Shown here: one piece after another, positions 1 to 9,803 of the stretch | Layout of the letters: each line of letters opens with the position of its first letter | Position numbering within the stretch: position 1 is the stretch's first letter | Origin: Candidatus Latescibacterota bacterium | Lineage (GTDB): Bacteria > Latescibacterota > UBA2968 > UBA8231 | Reading direction: 5' to 3' | Length of the DNA stretch: 64,000 nt | Assembly (NCBI GenBank): GCA_965203175.1 | Contig: OZ241867.1 | Coordinates: 5,216,001 to 5,280,000 of the forward strand | Notes under the pieces: generated by a model | Seen by the model: only the letters and a program-made list of their open reading frames with translations | Databases searched by the model: none | Told to the model about the DNA's origin: nothing | Program-made: the position numbers and the translations under genes

Positions 1-69
1 AACGGCCTTGGGCAGCCGCACCGCCTGGCTCTTGTTGCTCATAAAAACTTTCGTGTGTGCCGTCGCCAT
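1..69 (-). CDS. vapB: VapB/VagC-type (AbrB-fold) antitoxin, 5' part only (truncated by window edge)
   Basis: Not in ORF track. ATG at 69 reads MATAHTKVFMSNKSQAVRLPKAV, matching the VapB N-terminus (VFxSNxSQAVRLPKAV); GAGG RBS upstream. Confidence 0.85.
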   Translation of the reverse strand, partial: MATAHTKVFMSNKSQAVRLPKAV

Positions 70-95
70 ACTATGACCTCGCTTCAATTTGAATT

Positions 96-118
96 GGATA
101 TACAATAAGGATATACAA
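96..118 (-). promoter_or_regulatory. Probable vapBC operator/promoter: direct repeat GGATATACAA x2
   Basis: GGATATACAA at 96-105 and 109-118 in an AT-rich patch just upstream of the antitoxin; GTATAT-type boxes are typical of VapBC autoregulation. Confidence 0.55.
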
Positions 119-261
119 AAGTGGCAAAGGCGCAAATCTCTCGCCCGAGGTCGGCGAGGGATGCAGGGTCCCCTTACTGCGCCAAGGAATTTGTGCAACG
201 GTGCGTTGCACAATTGTGCGGTCCGGCGATGATAATAATTTTCCGGTCGGCGTCTCTCTCC

Positions 262-1734
262 TCACATCCCCACCGCAAACACCTTCGCCCGCCCTATGTG
301 CAGGCGAATGGCCACCTGTCTGCCGCGCAATGCCGACAAATCGCTGCTCCCCCGCCACGTCGCCACCCTAGCCAACTCGTCTCCAGCCAGTAAGTCGGCC
401 TCCTCTACCCCAAAGCCTTCTATAGCCTGCACCGGCGCGGCTGGCGAAGCAGGCGGCTCGACCAGCTCGGCCTTGATCCAACCGCCTTCCCTTTGCGTCT
501 GAAAATTGAGCGTCAGCTCGCGGCCCTCGCACTCGCGTTCGACCAGCGTTACGCGTCCCTCCACCGGCGCTTCAAGCGCTACCAGCCGATCCCGCTTCCA
601 AGTAGCCCAGCGCCATTCCGCGGGGCGGTCCGGATCGTACCGCTCTCCCCAGTCGTGCAAGTCGTACTGCCCAATGAACATCACGCCCCACGTCTCCGAG
701 TCGAGCGGGACCATTTCCGGGAAGGCAAACATCATGCCGTACCCTTCGGGATCAGGGGAGATAATGGGCTTGCGCTCGGGCCGACTCCACAGCAAGCCGT
801 CGCGGCTAGTCGCCAATTGCACATCTACCGTGGCCGTCCAGCGGTGGTACATGGCTGGGAACATCAGGTGGAAGCCACCGTGGGGATAGCGGCAATAACC
901 CGCCGCGTACACGTCGTCGTCTATGGGATCTTGCGGATCCGCGCCGAATACCGGACGCGGCGGCGACCACTTGCCAAACTCCGTGCCCTCGGTGCGACGC
1001 ACGATGCGGCGGCGGTCTTGATGGCCGCGCAAATAGGCCACGTACTGACCAGCTTCCGCGTCGTACGCAGCGATGTTGTGGCTGTCGAGTCCGGTGCGGC
1101 CCACGTTCAAAAGCGGCTCCTCCAAGAAGGTCCACTGCTTGCCATCGGGCGACACCGCACCTTTGAGCAAGCCGACAAAATACAAGGCTTCGGCCCGCTG
1201 CTCTGGCGTGTAGCCAGCCTCTTGCATGGCGCGGCGAATGGCCCACTTGCGCTCCCGCGTCATCGCGGGCACCGGCACGCCCTCGTGATAGGTAATAGAA
1301 TCGCGCGCCATGGCCTTGTAGCGAGCCTCCGGCGGGGCCACGGGATCCACAAACACGGATTGCAGCCCAAAATCGCCGAAGCGGAAGAGCAGGTTGTTGT
1401 CTGTGCTGCCATCGTACTCTTGCAAATGCAGGGCCGGTCGCTCCCAACAAAAACCGTCCGCGCTCTCGGCGTACGCAATGAAGGGAGGTTGGTTGTCGCC
1501 AACGCCGCGGGCGATGTACCACATCTTCAACACGCCACCGTCGCAAAGCACAGCTTGCGGCGTCAGACCGCCCTCCTCCCAAGGGTGCTCAGGCTTGATA
1601 AAGACCGGAGATTTACTCGCCTCCTGCACGGCCAAGCGCACGCCGACCGGTGGGTCTTGCACCCAAGCTTGGCCACCTTCGATACCAGCTTGGCCGGCCC
1701 ATACGCCATACCAATCGAGAAAGGGCTGCAGCAT
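262..1734 (-). CDS. Hypothetical protein, probable five-bladed beta-propeller (GH32/GH43-like fold)
   Basis: 490 aa; repeated AESADGxxW / AVSPDGxxW / ATSRDGxxW motifs and 'LKMWY'. Confidence 0.6.
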   Translation of the reverse strand: MLQPFLDWYGVWAGQAGIEGGQAWVQDPPVGVRLAVQEASKSPVFIKPEHPWEEGGLTPQAVLCDGGVLKMWYIARGVGDNQPPFIAYAESADGFCWERPALHLQEYDGSTDNNLLFRFGDFGLQSVFVDPVAPPEARYKAMARDSITYHEGVPVPAMTRERKWAIRRAMQEAGYTPEQRAEALYFVGLLKGAVSPDGKQWTFLEEPLLNVGRTGLDSHNIAAYDAEAGQYVAYLRGHQDRRRIVRRTEGTEFGKWSPPRPVFGADPQDPIDDDVYAAGYCRYPHGGFHLMFPAMYHRWTATVDVQLATSRDGLLWSRPERKPIISPDPEGYGMMFAFPEMVPLDSETWGVMFIGQYDLHDWGERYDPDRPAEWRWATWKRDRLVALEAPVEGRVTLVERECEGRELTLNFQTQREGGWIKAELVEPPASPAAPVQAIEGFGVEEADLLAGDELARVATWRGSSDLSALRGRQVAIRLHIGRAKVFAVGM

Positions 1735-1737
1735 GGC

Positions 1738-2400
1738 TTAGGTCGGCCAGTTTTGGTGGGCCAAAAGGCGCAAGCGGTCTGTTTCGCTCAGGTGCTGCTT
1801 GATTTCTCCTGCGAACTCCGCCAAGGTCTGCTCCACTGTGGCGTCGGACGTGTCGAGGGCAAATTTCTTGCGGATCAGCGAATCGCGGAACTCTTCCTCA
1901 AAGCGCTGCAACACGTGCTCGATGTCCTTTTCCTGCACCACCGGCCGTTCGTGCGGCTGCTCGCGCATGCGCTGGGCAATGACTTCGGGACGCGCGCGCA
2001 GCAGCACGAGTACTGTGTCGGGCGCGTGCTGCATAACCTCCTCGTCGAAGGAACGAGCCAGTGCGGCGCGGTCGCCGTATTCGCCCCGGCCCCCGTAGCC
2101 GTAGTACAGGGGCGCGTACACGGCCTCCTCAATGTGGAAACCCACCAAGTTGTGGTCCGGGTCGCTGTAAAAGGCGGAATGAAAGTGGTAGTTCATCATG
2201 TAGCGCTGGAACATCTCCTTCAGCCGCGGGCTGAGGGCCAGCAGTTGCTCCTGCTCCTCTACGGGGAACTCATTGCACGGCAGGCTGAAGTGATCGTGGA
2301 ACGTGCGCGACGAGCCAAAGGTGCGCTCGATCCAACCGACGATGGCGTTGGCCAAAGTCGTCTTGCCAGCGTATTCGCAACCTACGAGAATCAGTTTCAT
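1738..2400 (-). CDS. P-loop nucleotide kinase-like protein (thymidylate kinase-like)
   Basis: N-terminal Walker A GCEYAGKTT; 'VLLRARPEVIAQRM' lid region; 3 bp from the next gene. Confidence 0.65.
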   Translation of the reverse strand: MKLILVGCEYAGKTTLANAIVGWIERTFGSSRTFHDHFSLPCNEFPVEEQEQLLALSPRLKEMFQRYMMNYHFHSAFYSDPDHNLVGFHIEEAVYAPLYYGYGGRGEYGDRAALARSFDEEVMQHAPDTVLVLLRARPEVIAQRMREQPHERPVVQEKDIEHVLQRFEEEFRDSLIRKKFALDTSDATVEQTLAEFAGEIKQHLSETDRLRLLAHQNWPT

Positions 2401-2510
2401 ATTCCGTTCTCCTGCGCCTGAACGGCGCTAATTGAGGTCGTGGTTTCGCGTGATAATGCCATAATATAGCGCCAAGAACGGGTCGGACCTAAGAGCCCCG
2501 GTGGCGGGCG

Positions 2511-3848
2511 TTAGCCCTCAGCGCACGGCAAGTCGAGCACCAATTCTTTGCCCGCTTTGAATAAATCGTGCAGATGCACATAGCGGAACAGAGAGCTTCT
2601 GCCTGTCAGGTGGAGATTCTCAAAGGTCTGGAAGTAGGCAACGAGGCGTTCTACATGCTCGGCCAACCCCACTTCGAGCACGGGATAGGCAAAGGGCAAT
2701 TTGTAGGTTGCAAAACATACGACTTCGCCTTCCGCAATCGGCTTTACGCGCTGCAACGCTTCCCATACAGAGCGGCGCAACGCCTCTGCCGACATATTCC
2801 ACACGGCATCTTCGCGAAAACAGGGCAGTTCGAGCACAATGGCTGTTTGCCCCTCGGGTGCCATGTGGCGGCTGCGATTTTTGGGTTCGTACAGGCGCGT
2901 AAACGGGAACTCTGCGCCGGGAAAATAGAGCGAGGCATTGGGCGAAAAACAGGGGCGAGCCAAACCGAACACGCAAAGAATCAGATTGCGGTATTTAATC
3001 GCATTGGCCGAGGTCAACAATTCCGGCGGCGGCGGGGGATCCAGCATCTTCGCCGAAAGGGTCAGCGGCAGCGTATTGACGACAGTGGATACCTCCACTT
3101 CCGAGTCGTCGTTCAGGACGACGCGGTCCAATCGCCCGCGCGAATGCACCAGCCGACTCACCCGACTATTGAGCCGAATCCGCTTGCTGCCGATGAATTC
3201 GCTCATCTTATCGACGATCATGCCAATCCCGTACTTGGGGTACAGGAAAGAGCCGTCCAAATGGCCCGGACGGACGGCCTTGCCTAATAGAACCTCCCGC
3301 ACAAAACTGGCCAGATTCAGACCTTTCATCCGCCCTCCTGATACATCCGTGGAAAGTTGGTGCGGATCGGCCCCCCACAATTTTTTTGAATAGTTGAGCA
3401 AAAAGAGATTGGCCAGCGTCCGGCCGTACTGATTCAGGGCGAATTCCCCAAAATTCGCCGCTGGCTTGCGGGATTTTACGCGCAGGTTCTCGGCGGCAAT
3501 TTGCAACAGGATTTTGCGGTCAAGTCGTTTGACCAGATTGCCCATTTGCAGGGGAAAGCTGAAAAATTCGTCTCGAAAAAAAATCTCGCTCGGCGCTGCG
3601 ACATCAGAAAGCTCGTCGCCCAAAAGCCCCTTGATCTCGCAGGTGACCTCCGAGTCTTTATCGTGCAGGCGATGGGCACCGGTATCAAACAGAAACTCGC
3701 CCAAGCGCAGCGTGCGGCAATTGCCCCCTGGCTGAGCACCGGCTTCAAAAAGCAAAAAGTCCAAGCCGCGCTTTTTGGCGTAATACCCAGCAGCCAAGCC
3801 AGCCGGGCCACCTCCTAAGATGTGTATGTCGGCGTCGAGTGTTTTCAT
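2511..3848 (-). CDS. FAD-dependent oxidoreductase (protoporphyrinogen oxidase/UDP-galactopyranose mutase-like)
   Basis: GGGPAGLAAG dinucleotide-binding motif, GGNCRT...FDTGAH, C-terminal AYP...GR..LFRY. Confidence 0.8.
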   Translation of the reverse strand: MKTLDADIHILGGGPAGLAAGYYAKKRGLDFLLFEAGAQPGGNCRTLRLGEFLFDTGAHRLHDKDSEVTCEIKGLLGDELSDVAAPSEIFFRDEFFSFPLQMGNLVKRLDRKILLQIAAENLRVKSRKPAANFGEFALNQYGRTLANLFLLNYSKKLWGADPHQLSTDVSGGRMKGLNLASFVREVLLGKAVRPGHLDGSFLYPKYGIGMIVDKMSEFIGSKRIRLNSRVSRLVHSRGRLDRVVLNDDSEVEVSTVVNTLPLTLSAKMLDPPPPPELLTSANAIKYRNLILCVFGLARPCFSPNASLYFPGAEFPFTRLYEPKNRSRHMAPEGQTAIVLELPCFREDAVWNMSAEALRRSVWEALQRVKPIAEGEVVCFATYKLPFAYPVLEVGLAEHVERLVAYFQTFENLHLTGRSSLFRYVHLHDLFKAGKELVLDLPCAEG

Positions 3849-3866
3849 GCAGAGTGCGCAGGTGAA

Positions 3867-5291
3867 TTAATACTCGTACACTGTGAGTTCCGGCCACATG
3901 CGGTTGACATACGGGTTGTGGTAAAACGTCTTAGTCGCGCTCGGCGCTCGATCTTGCAATGGACTGCCGATGACCACTAACTCGGCTGTATCGTCGAGTG
4001 CGTCGAGCGCGTGCAAATCGCCCTGGGCTCTAATAGGCATATAGACGGCCCGCAGTGCTTGGGAGGCCAGATAGTATTTGATCAGAGGCACCGATGCAAT
4101 GTGCAAGGCGTCGCTTTTTTTTGCCGCGAGGTATTGGTGTATCTGGGCGATAGCCGTGGGCTTTTTGTGCTGGACGACTAAATGCAAGGTCACATAGCCA
4201 TAGCAGAAAAAAAAGGCGATTACAACTAAGCGAAAAAACCGATGGCCCTGGGTGGCGATCTGGGCACAGGCAAAAGCTGGGATGAGCGCCAAAAAGGGCA
4301 CTAGCGGCAAGACGTGCCGGCTTTTGTGCACCACATTTTGAAAGAGGAAAATCCAGCCCAAATAGAGGACGCAACCTATAAACGGCGCACTCAGCAATAC
4401 CGAGCGGTCCGCCCGCTGCACCAAGGCGCGCCAATTGGTCGCCAGAATACCGAGCAGCGCAACGGTAGTACAGACCGTCACTACATGGCGTCCCTCCCAA
4501 TAGAGTCCAAAACCATCGGCCCATATGCTCTCGAACAGTCCAAGCGACCGCAAGGCAAAATCGGACTCAGTGGCAACCGTGCCGCCAAAATCGGCGAAGT
4601 GGCCCTGCGTCTGCGTCTGCGCCGCCTTTGTCAACTCGCTCCAGCCGGTAATCGCAATTAAGGGGATCAGCCAGACGGCGACACCAGCCGCACCAGCAGC
4701 GACGAATTGCAATCGCGGTCCTCGTTCCTTCAACCTCAGCAACAAAGGCACCAACAACATGGGCGCATAAGAAAGGCGCACCCCGAGCGAGATCCCCGCA
4801 ATAAAAAATCCCAACCTCGCTTTGCCCGACCCTTGCTTGGTGGCAAAATAGCAACACGCCAAAACACAGGCGACGCCCATGGCATCGGGCATATAGCGAT
4901 TGCTCATCAGCCACAACAGCGGATTGAAGAATAGCAGCAAGACGGCAATAAGGCCCAAGGGCGTGGTGATTTTAACCTGAGCAATGCCGAGCGCGAAATA
5001 GATTATGCCGAAGGTCGCTACGCCGCCCAGCACTGCAAACGCCACAGCATAGCGGTCGGTGAGTGAGTACACCACCTTGGCGAAAAAGCAAAAGACTGGA
5101 TAGGCTGGGAAGTGAGGTTGTAATTTGGTTACGTCGTAATCGACTACCCCTAAGGCAAAGCGCAAACTGTCCAGGTCTTCTATATAGTACACGGCGCTCA
5201 TAAGCCGCGATCCCAGACAAAGGATCAGCACTGCACCCCATACCTTGCGCTCGGTCACGCTTCGCTTGCTCCTAAAAAGGGAATCTGCCAT
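3867..5291 (-). CDS. Polytopic membrane protein, GT-C/ArnT-like glycosyltransferase candidate
   Basis: About 11 hydrophobic segments; acidic first loop EDLDSLRFALG...QPHFPAYP; 'SRHVLPLVP'. Confidence 0.55.
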   Translation of the reverse strand: MADSLFRSKRSVTERKVWGAVLILCLGSRLMSAVYYIEDLDSLRFALGVVDYDVTKLQPHFPAYPVFCFFAKVVYSLTDRYAVAFAVLGGVATFGIIYFALGIAQVKITTPLGLIAVLLLFFNPLLWLMSNRYMPDAMGVACVLACCYFATKQGSGKARLGFFIAGISLGVRLSYAPMLLVPLLLRLKERGPRLQFVAAGAAGVAVWLIPLIAITGWSELTKAAQTQTQGHFADFGGTVATESDFALRSLGLFESIWADGFGLYWEGRHVVTVCTTVALLGILATNWRALVQRADRSVLLSAPFIGCVLYLGWIFLFQNVVHKSRHVLPLVPFLALIPAFACAQIATQGHRFFRLVVIAFFFCYGYVTLHLVVQHKKPTAIAQIHQYLAAKKSDALHIASVPLIKYYLASQALRAVYMPIRAQGDLHALDALDDTAELVVIGSPLQDRAPSATKTFYHNPYVNRMWPELTVYEY

Positions 5292-5338
5292 GACGAAATC
5301 TAATAAGCTAGCTGGAAATTCCGGTTGGCAAATACAAA

Positions 5339-5369
5339 CGCGGCGATTGGCTCAACGCCGACCGCCGCG
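5339..5369 (-). terminator. Stem-loop after the DUF4856 gene (probable intrinsic terminator or mRNA stabiliser)
   Basis: CGCGGCG...CGCCGCG stem with inner pairing, followed by TTTGTATTT on the minus strand. Confidence 0.55.
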
Positions 5370-5411
5370 CTTGCGGTTACACCGTCCCCGTGGGGTTTTG
5401 TAAATAACCGT

Positions 5412-6707
5412 TTACCAGTTGGCCATATTGTCAGCGGAAAAGCCGTACGCTTCTTGCAGCACGTCCTTGGCGCGCATGTAACTACTCACAATCCCATCGT
5501 ACGCGTCGCTGCCCGGCGCTTCGTAGGAGGGCGCTTCTCCCATAATGCCGTGCAATTCCTCGAGCTGACCTTGGCTGATCAGGCGGAAGGGACTGTACTG
5601 CAACGCAACGGTAAATCCCTTCATTTCCGCCCAGTGCTTGTTCAAGTTGACCCGATTTTCATCGTCCGTGCCCAGTGCAGCCATATCGCTCAAGGTGTCG
5701 TTGATATAGTGCACCACCGTTGCGGCGATGACCTTTTCCATGCCGTTGGCTGCCAATTCGCGCTGGGCGGCTATCTCGCTGGCCGAGCCTTGATTGACGA
5801 TCAGGGTGCGCCCGGCTAGGAACGCCGCAAAAATATCTCCGGTAAAATTGACTCCACTGCCGCCCTTGTCGCGCTTACCGGCGTTCCGCGACAGGCCAAA
5901 ATTGTATTCTGATTTGAAGTCAATTTGTCCGTCCCCATTGGAGTCGAAGGTGTAGTCGCCAACCGAGCCGGCTAATTGCGCGTCGGAGTAGCGGCTGTAG
6001 TCGCGGGCAGCGCCAAAATAACCGAAGGCCTCGTCCCAATGGTGCTCCATCTCCGTGTACGATTTGCCCTCTGCGGCACTGCCGTTTTCGTCCTCCAAAA
6101 GGCCGCCTAAATAGACTCCGGTGGCTTGGTAATAGGGAACGGCACCGATGAGCACTTTGTTGATCATCTGGGTCAGATCAACCCCGTCGTCGTCGGTGTA
6201 AACCGCCGGTGTGCCCAGTTTGTCGGTATCCTGCGAATTGGCGGCGATGATCTCAAACCACTCGCGCACCAGTTCGTCGGCCGTCTTGCCATAGCCGATG
6301 ACGACTTCACTCGAGATTTTGCCAGATAGGTTTTTGCCCGTCGAAATGGAGGAATAGCGATTTTCGACCACCGGCATGTCCCCGCCCGTGGTCAGCGATT
6401 CCAAGTCGTAGCCGTCGTCGTAGGCGTAGAGCCGGAGCAAGTCGTCCACTGAAGCAGGCTCAGCTCCCTCTTTGCCTAGATTGTCGATAAAGATCTTCAG
6501 GTCTTGCAGCAGCAAATTGCGCACCGTTTGACCGGAATAGGCGACGCTGCTTTCGCCGTCGTTGAAGCGGCTGTCGAAGACGTAAGCAGTGGGAATATCA
6601 AGGGTGGTGCCCCCACTACCGCTATCGACGGGATTGTCGTCGTCGCCACCGCCGCAGGCGATGAGCAGGGCGCTGGCGAGCAAAATACTGCATTTGAGGC
6701 TCCTCAT
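5412..6707 (-). CDS. DUF4856-like lipoprotein (iron-uptake associated)
   Basis: Lipobox LIAC; motifs SVAYSGQTVR, YTEMEHHWDEAFGYFG, AATVVHYIN; directly downstream of a TonB receptor. Confidence 0.8.
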   Translation of the reverse strand: MRSLKCSILLASALLIACGGGDDDNPVDSGSGGTTLDIPTAYVFDSRFNDGESSVAYSGQTVRNLLLQDLKIFIDNLGKEGAEPASVDDLLRLYAYDDGYDLESLTTGGDMPVVENRYSSISTGKNLSGKISSEVVIGYGKTADELVREWFEIIAANSQDTDKLGTPAVYTDDDGVDLTQMINKVLIGAVPYYQATGVYLGGLLEDENGSAAEGKSYTEMEHHWDEAFGYFGAARDYSRYSDAQLAGSVGDYTFDSNGDGQIDFKSEYNFGLSRNAGKRDKGGSGVNFTGDIFAAFLAGRTLIVNQGSASEIAAQRELAANGMEKVIAATVVHYINDTLSDMAALGTDDENRVNLNKHWAEMKGFTVALQYSPFRLISQGQLEELHGIMGEAPSYEAPGSDAYDGIVSSYMRAKDVLQEAYGFSADNMANW

Positions 6708-6764
6708 GGGTGCTCTCCTTTCTACAAGGTTGATGGAAGGATCGTTGTCGTCGTGTGGGAGGTT

Positions 6765-9242
6765 TTACAAGCCGCGCTTGATGCCGACGTTTATCTGTCG
6801 CCGCGGACCGACGAGGATGCCCGAGCTCAAGTGGGCTTCAGGCTGGCCGGCATTGGAGTGTAGCCTAGATCCAATGTAGATCTCGTCGAGTATATTCTTG
6901 GCCGCCACAAAAGCACTCCAGCGCGTGGACAACTTGTAGTCGGCGCTGGCGTTGACGATGGAATAGCTGGGGATCGGGCCAGTATCGCCGCGATTGAAGG
7001 TGCGCTCGATATTCTCGAAGTCGGTGAAGACCTCGTCCACAAAACGCACATCGGCCCGCAGGCGCAGTCCCTGCTTAGTCTGCTTGACCAAGCTCACCGT
7101 CAAAGTGTGCGGCGGCGCATAGGGCAACTGATTGCCGGTCAGATCCACTGCGACGTTGCCGGCCATCGTGGCCGAGGTGACGACGCCGCTCTTGATTTCG
7201 GTCTGCAAATAGGTATAAGCGAGGTTGACGTCGGGTAGGATCCAAGCCAAGCGCGAGGTCGCCAAACCTAGGGCTAATTCAAGGCCGTAGGTATCTACTT
7301 TGCCCAAGTTTTTAAACGCGGTCCCGCGCCCGGCGGCGACGAGATCCTCGATCTTGAGCAGAAAAGTAGACGCTTCTAAGCTCAGCTTCGGCCCCCAAGA
7401 GCGCACGCCGGCTTCCATATTCCAGCTTTTCTCCGCTTTAAGATCCAGCCCACCGGCACCGACGTCCTGTCCGAAACTGGTTATTTTCAGCGTGCCGCTC
7501 GAAGGCGGCGTATAGCCCCGGTGGACCCCGGCAAACGCATTGAAGCGGCCGAATTGGTAATTGACGCCCAAACCGGGCAGTAGCACCGCCGAGACTTTGT
7601 CGGCCAAGATGGAACCACGCAGGCGATCCACCCGGTCCTGTTTGAACACCTCAAAGCGCAGCCCTGGATCGAGCGTCAACCGGCCCCACTCGATCTGCTC
7701 CTTGGCGTAGAGGGCCAGCGCGGCGGTTTCGTAGTGGTGGCTCTGCCCCACGATTTTCACCGGGTCGTCCGGGTCGCCGGGGGTGCCGGTATAGTACACG
7801 CCGTCGCGCGCGTCCGGAGCATCGCCAATTTTCTTGTCGTCGATAAAGCGTTCCCAGTGGGCGCGGACTCCGGCCTCGACCTTTGCCGAATGACCGCCGA
7901 GGCTGTGTTTGAGCGAGTAGTCCTGGGCGATGCCCCCCACGTAAAAGGTCCGCAGAATACCGAAATTGCTGGCACCACCCCCTACCCGCACCAAGTCGCC
8001 ACTCTGGAAGTAGGGCACCGGCGTGAAGTCCCCCGTCTCCAAAGCCGAAGCGCGCACGAAGACGTCGTCTTCCCGCCACCAGCGGCGATCAAAGACATTC
8101 AGATAAGCCGTAGTATTGCCCACTAAATTCGCCGTGATCTTGCTGGTGTACATTAGGTCGAGAGAGGCCCGCAAAACCTTGAAATTGTCGTCTTCTTTGG
8201 GATTGAATTTGGGATTGGCGTAAAAGGAGTATTCCGTCAGACCCGTGTAAGTCGCATTGGAGTTTTCGAAATTGGCGTTGGCTTTCAAGTAGAGCACCTT
8301 TTTGTTGCTCAAGCGGAACTGCGTCTTTGTGGTTCCGTTGATTTGGTTGAAGGTGTTGTTGTCCCTGAAGCCGTTTCCGTGCTTGTAAAGCACCTGCATA
8401 TCGGACGTGATCCGTCTGCTGCTCAATCCCCGCAACTCTGCAAACGCGCTGTAGTAACCATTGCTACCTACGGTGAGCTGATTGACCATTCCCTTGGTGC
8501 CATCGGGTCTCCGCGTCGCATAATTGATGACGCCCCCCATAGTCTGAGGACCGAAGCGAATGGCCGAACTCCCCTTGATTACCTCCATCGCATCAATGCG
8601 CTCTGATGGCGGGTTGTAATAAGCATTGGGATAGATATAGACCGCCGGCTGGATCGGCACGCCGTCTTCCATAATCAGCACCCGCGAACTGCGGCGAGGG
8701 TTTAAGCCCCGGATGCCGATGCTCAACCGCGAATTGCCGAACCCATCGTCGGCGTAGCCGTTGATGCCGGGCACCAATTCGAGCAGTTCCTGCGTGCCAA
8801 CGGGCTTGATCAGTTCCACCGTCTGGGGTTTCAGCTTGGACGCGGTCCCAGTGCGCTTTTGGTTTATCAGCGGCGATTCGCCGATAATTTCGACCGGGGC
8901 CAATTGGATGGGATCGCTCAGCAGGGCGATATCCAAAACGAGCGTGGACCCAGGCGCTAGGGAAATTTCCTCGGCATGCGATTCGTAGCCGAGCAAACTC
9001 ACGGCAATGCGCTTTGGTCCAGGGGGCACTTGGGCGAGGAGAAAGGTCCCGTCCTGCCCGGTCGTGGCCCCTTTCAGGCTTTCCCCTGCCAGCCCAATCT
9101 TGACGACAGCCCCCAAAATCGGCTGTCCCGTTTCCTTGTCGACCACTTTGCCGCTGATGTCTGCCGGGGCCAACTCCAAGCTCAGAACAGGGCTGCCCAT
9201 CGACGCGATCAACACCATGGCCAAGCCCAAAAGCCTACGCAT
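6765..9242 (-). CDS. TonB-dependent receptor, FecA-like, with N-terminal carboxypeptidase-regulatory-like domain
   Basis: Signal peptide; plug motifs IGIRGLNPRRSSRVLIMEDGVP and MEVIKGSSAIRFGPQTMGGVINY; AEKSWNMEAG; C-terminal KNILDE...PRRQIN. Confidence 0.92.
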   Translation of the reverse strand: MRRLLGLAMVLIASMGSPVLSLELAPADISGKVVDKETGQPILGAVVKIGLAGESLKGATTGQDGTFLLAQVPPGPKRIAVSLLGYESHAEEISLAPGSTLVLDIALLSDPIQLAPVEIIGESPLINQKRTGTASKLKPQTVELIKPVGTQELLELVPGINGYADDGFGNSRLSIGIRGLNPRRSSRVLIMEDGVPIQPAVYIYPNAYYNPPSERIDAMEVIKGSSAIRFGPQTMGGVINYATRRPDGTKGMVNQLTVGSNGYYSAFAELRGLSSRRITSDMQVLYKHGNGFRDNNTFNQINGTTKTQFRLSNKKVLYLKANANFENSNATYTGLTEYSFYANPKFNPKEDDNFKVLRASLDLMYTSKITANLVGNTTAYLNVFDRRWWREDDVFVRASALETGDFTPVPYFQSGDLVRVGGGASNFGILRTFYVGGIAQDYSLKHSLGGHSAKVEAGVRAHWERFIDDKKIGDAPDARDGVYYTGTPGDPDDPVKIVGQSHHYETAALALYAKEQIEWGRLTLDPGLRFEVFKQDRVDRLRGSILADKVSAVLLPGLGVNYQFGRFNAFAGVHRGYTPPSSGTLKITSFGQDVGAGGLDLKAEKSWNMEAGVRSWGPKLSLEASTFLLKIEDLVAAGRGTAFKNLGKVDTYGLELALGLATSRLAWILPDVNLAYTYLQTEIKSGVVTSATMAGNVAVDLTGNQLPYAPPHTLTVSLVKQTKQGLRLRADVRFVDEVFTDFENIERTFNRGDTGPIPSYSIVNASADYKLSTRWSAFVAAKNILDEIYIGSRLHSNAGQPEAHLSSGILVGPRRQINVGIKRGL

Positions 9243-9262
9243 AATCTCGGTTCCCCTGCTTA

Positions 9263-9484
9263 TCAGAACAGTTCTGGATTGGATTGGCGATCTATGGCAG
9301 CAACTTCATCGCCGGGAAAGGTGCTCAAGCCGTAACTTCCCTCTTCTTCTTCCTCGGACTGCGGCGCTAGCAAAGGATCGCTCTCACAGCCGGAAAGCAG
9401 GCTCCAGCACAAAGCGCACAGTAAAAATGCTAGCCCGCCAGAGGCGACTAGCGTCTTCAGTTCAAAACGCTTCTTTTTTGCCAA
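9263..9484 (-). CDS. Small acidic lipoprotein (about 73 aa), first gene of the TonB operon
   Basis: TTG start at 9484 behind GGAG; basic N-region, hydrophobic core, lipobox LSGC, then ESDPLLAPQSEEEEEG. Confidence 0.55.
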   Translation of the reverse strand: MAKKKRFELKTLVASGGLAFLLCALCWSLLSGCESDPLLAPQSEEEEEGSYGLSTFPGDEVAAIDRQSNPELF

Positions 9485-9525
9485 AATGGACTCCGCGACA
9501 GGTATGTATCGCCAACCGATTGTTT

Positions 9526-9576
9526 GATTAATGAAACTATTGATTATCAAAATAAACTTATTTTTACTATCGTCAA
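9526..9576 (-). promoter_or_regulatory. Putative sigma70 promoter overlapped by a Fur-box-like site
   Basis: Minus strand TTGACG-16 nt-TATTTT followed immediately by GATAATCAATAGTTTCATTAATC (Fur-like hexamers) in a very AT-rich intergenic region upstream of a FecA-like receptor. Confidence 0.55.
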
Positions 9577-9803
9577 CACTTTTTTTCGCATACATACTTT
9601 TCTTTTTTAGCGACTAATTTTAAAAAATACATTGACTTACATCATTGATTGATCATACTCACAGATGTTTTTTATACTAAACAGTTCATTGCTTAACTAA
9701 ACTTTTGTTTTTTTCATCAATCCTATTTCGGCCATTAGAAGCCCGTGCGCTCTCGCCAGACGCGGGCAGCCTAGCATCCTCTTGTACAGGGAAGTGAAAT
9801 CGA

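Noticed and set aside
493-2421. 642-aa plus-strand ORF (likewise 24021-25172, 53219-54124, 58111-59508)
   Set aside because: Antisense shadows of well-supported minus-strand genes in GC-rich DNA; no recognisable motifs.
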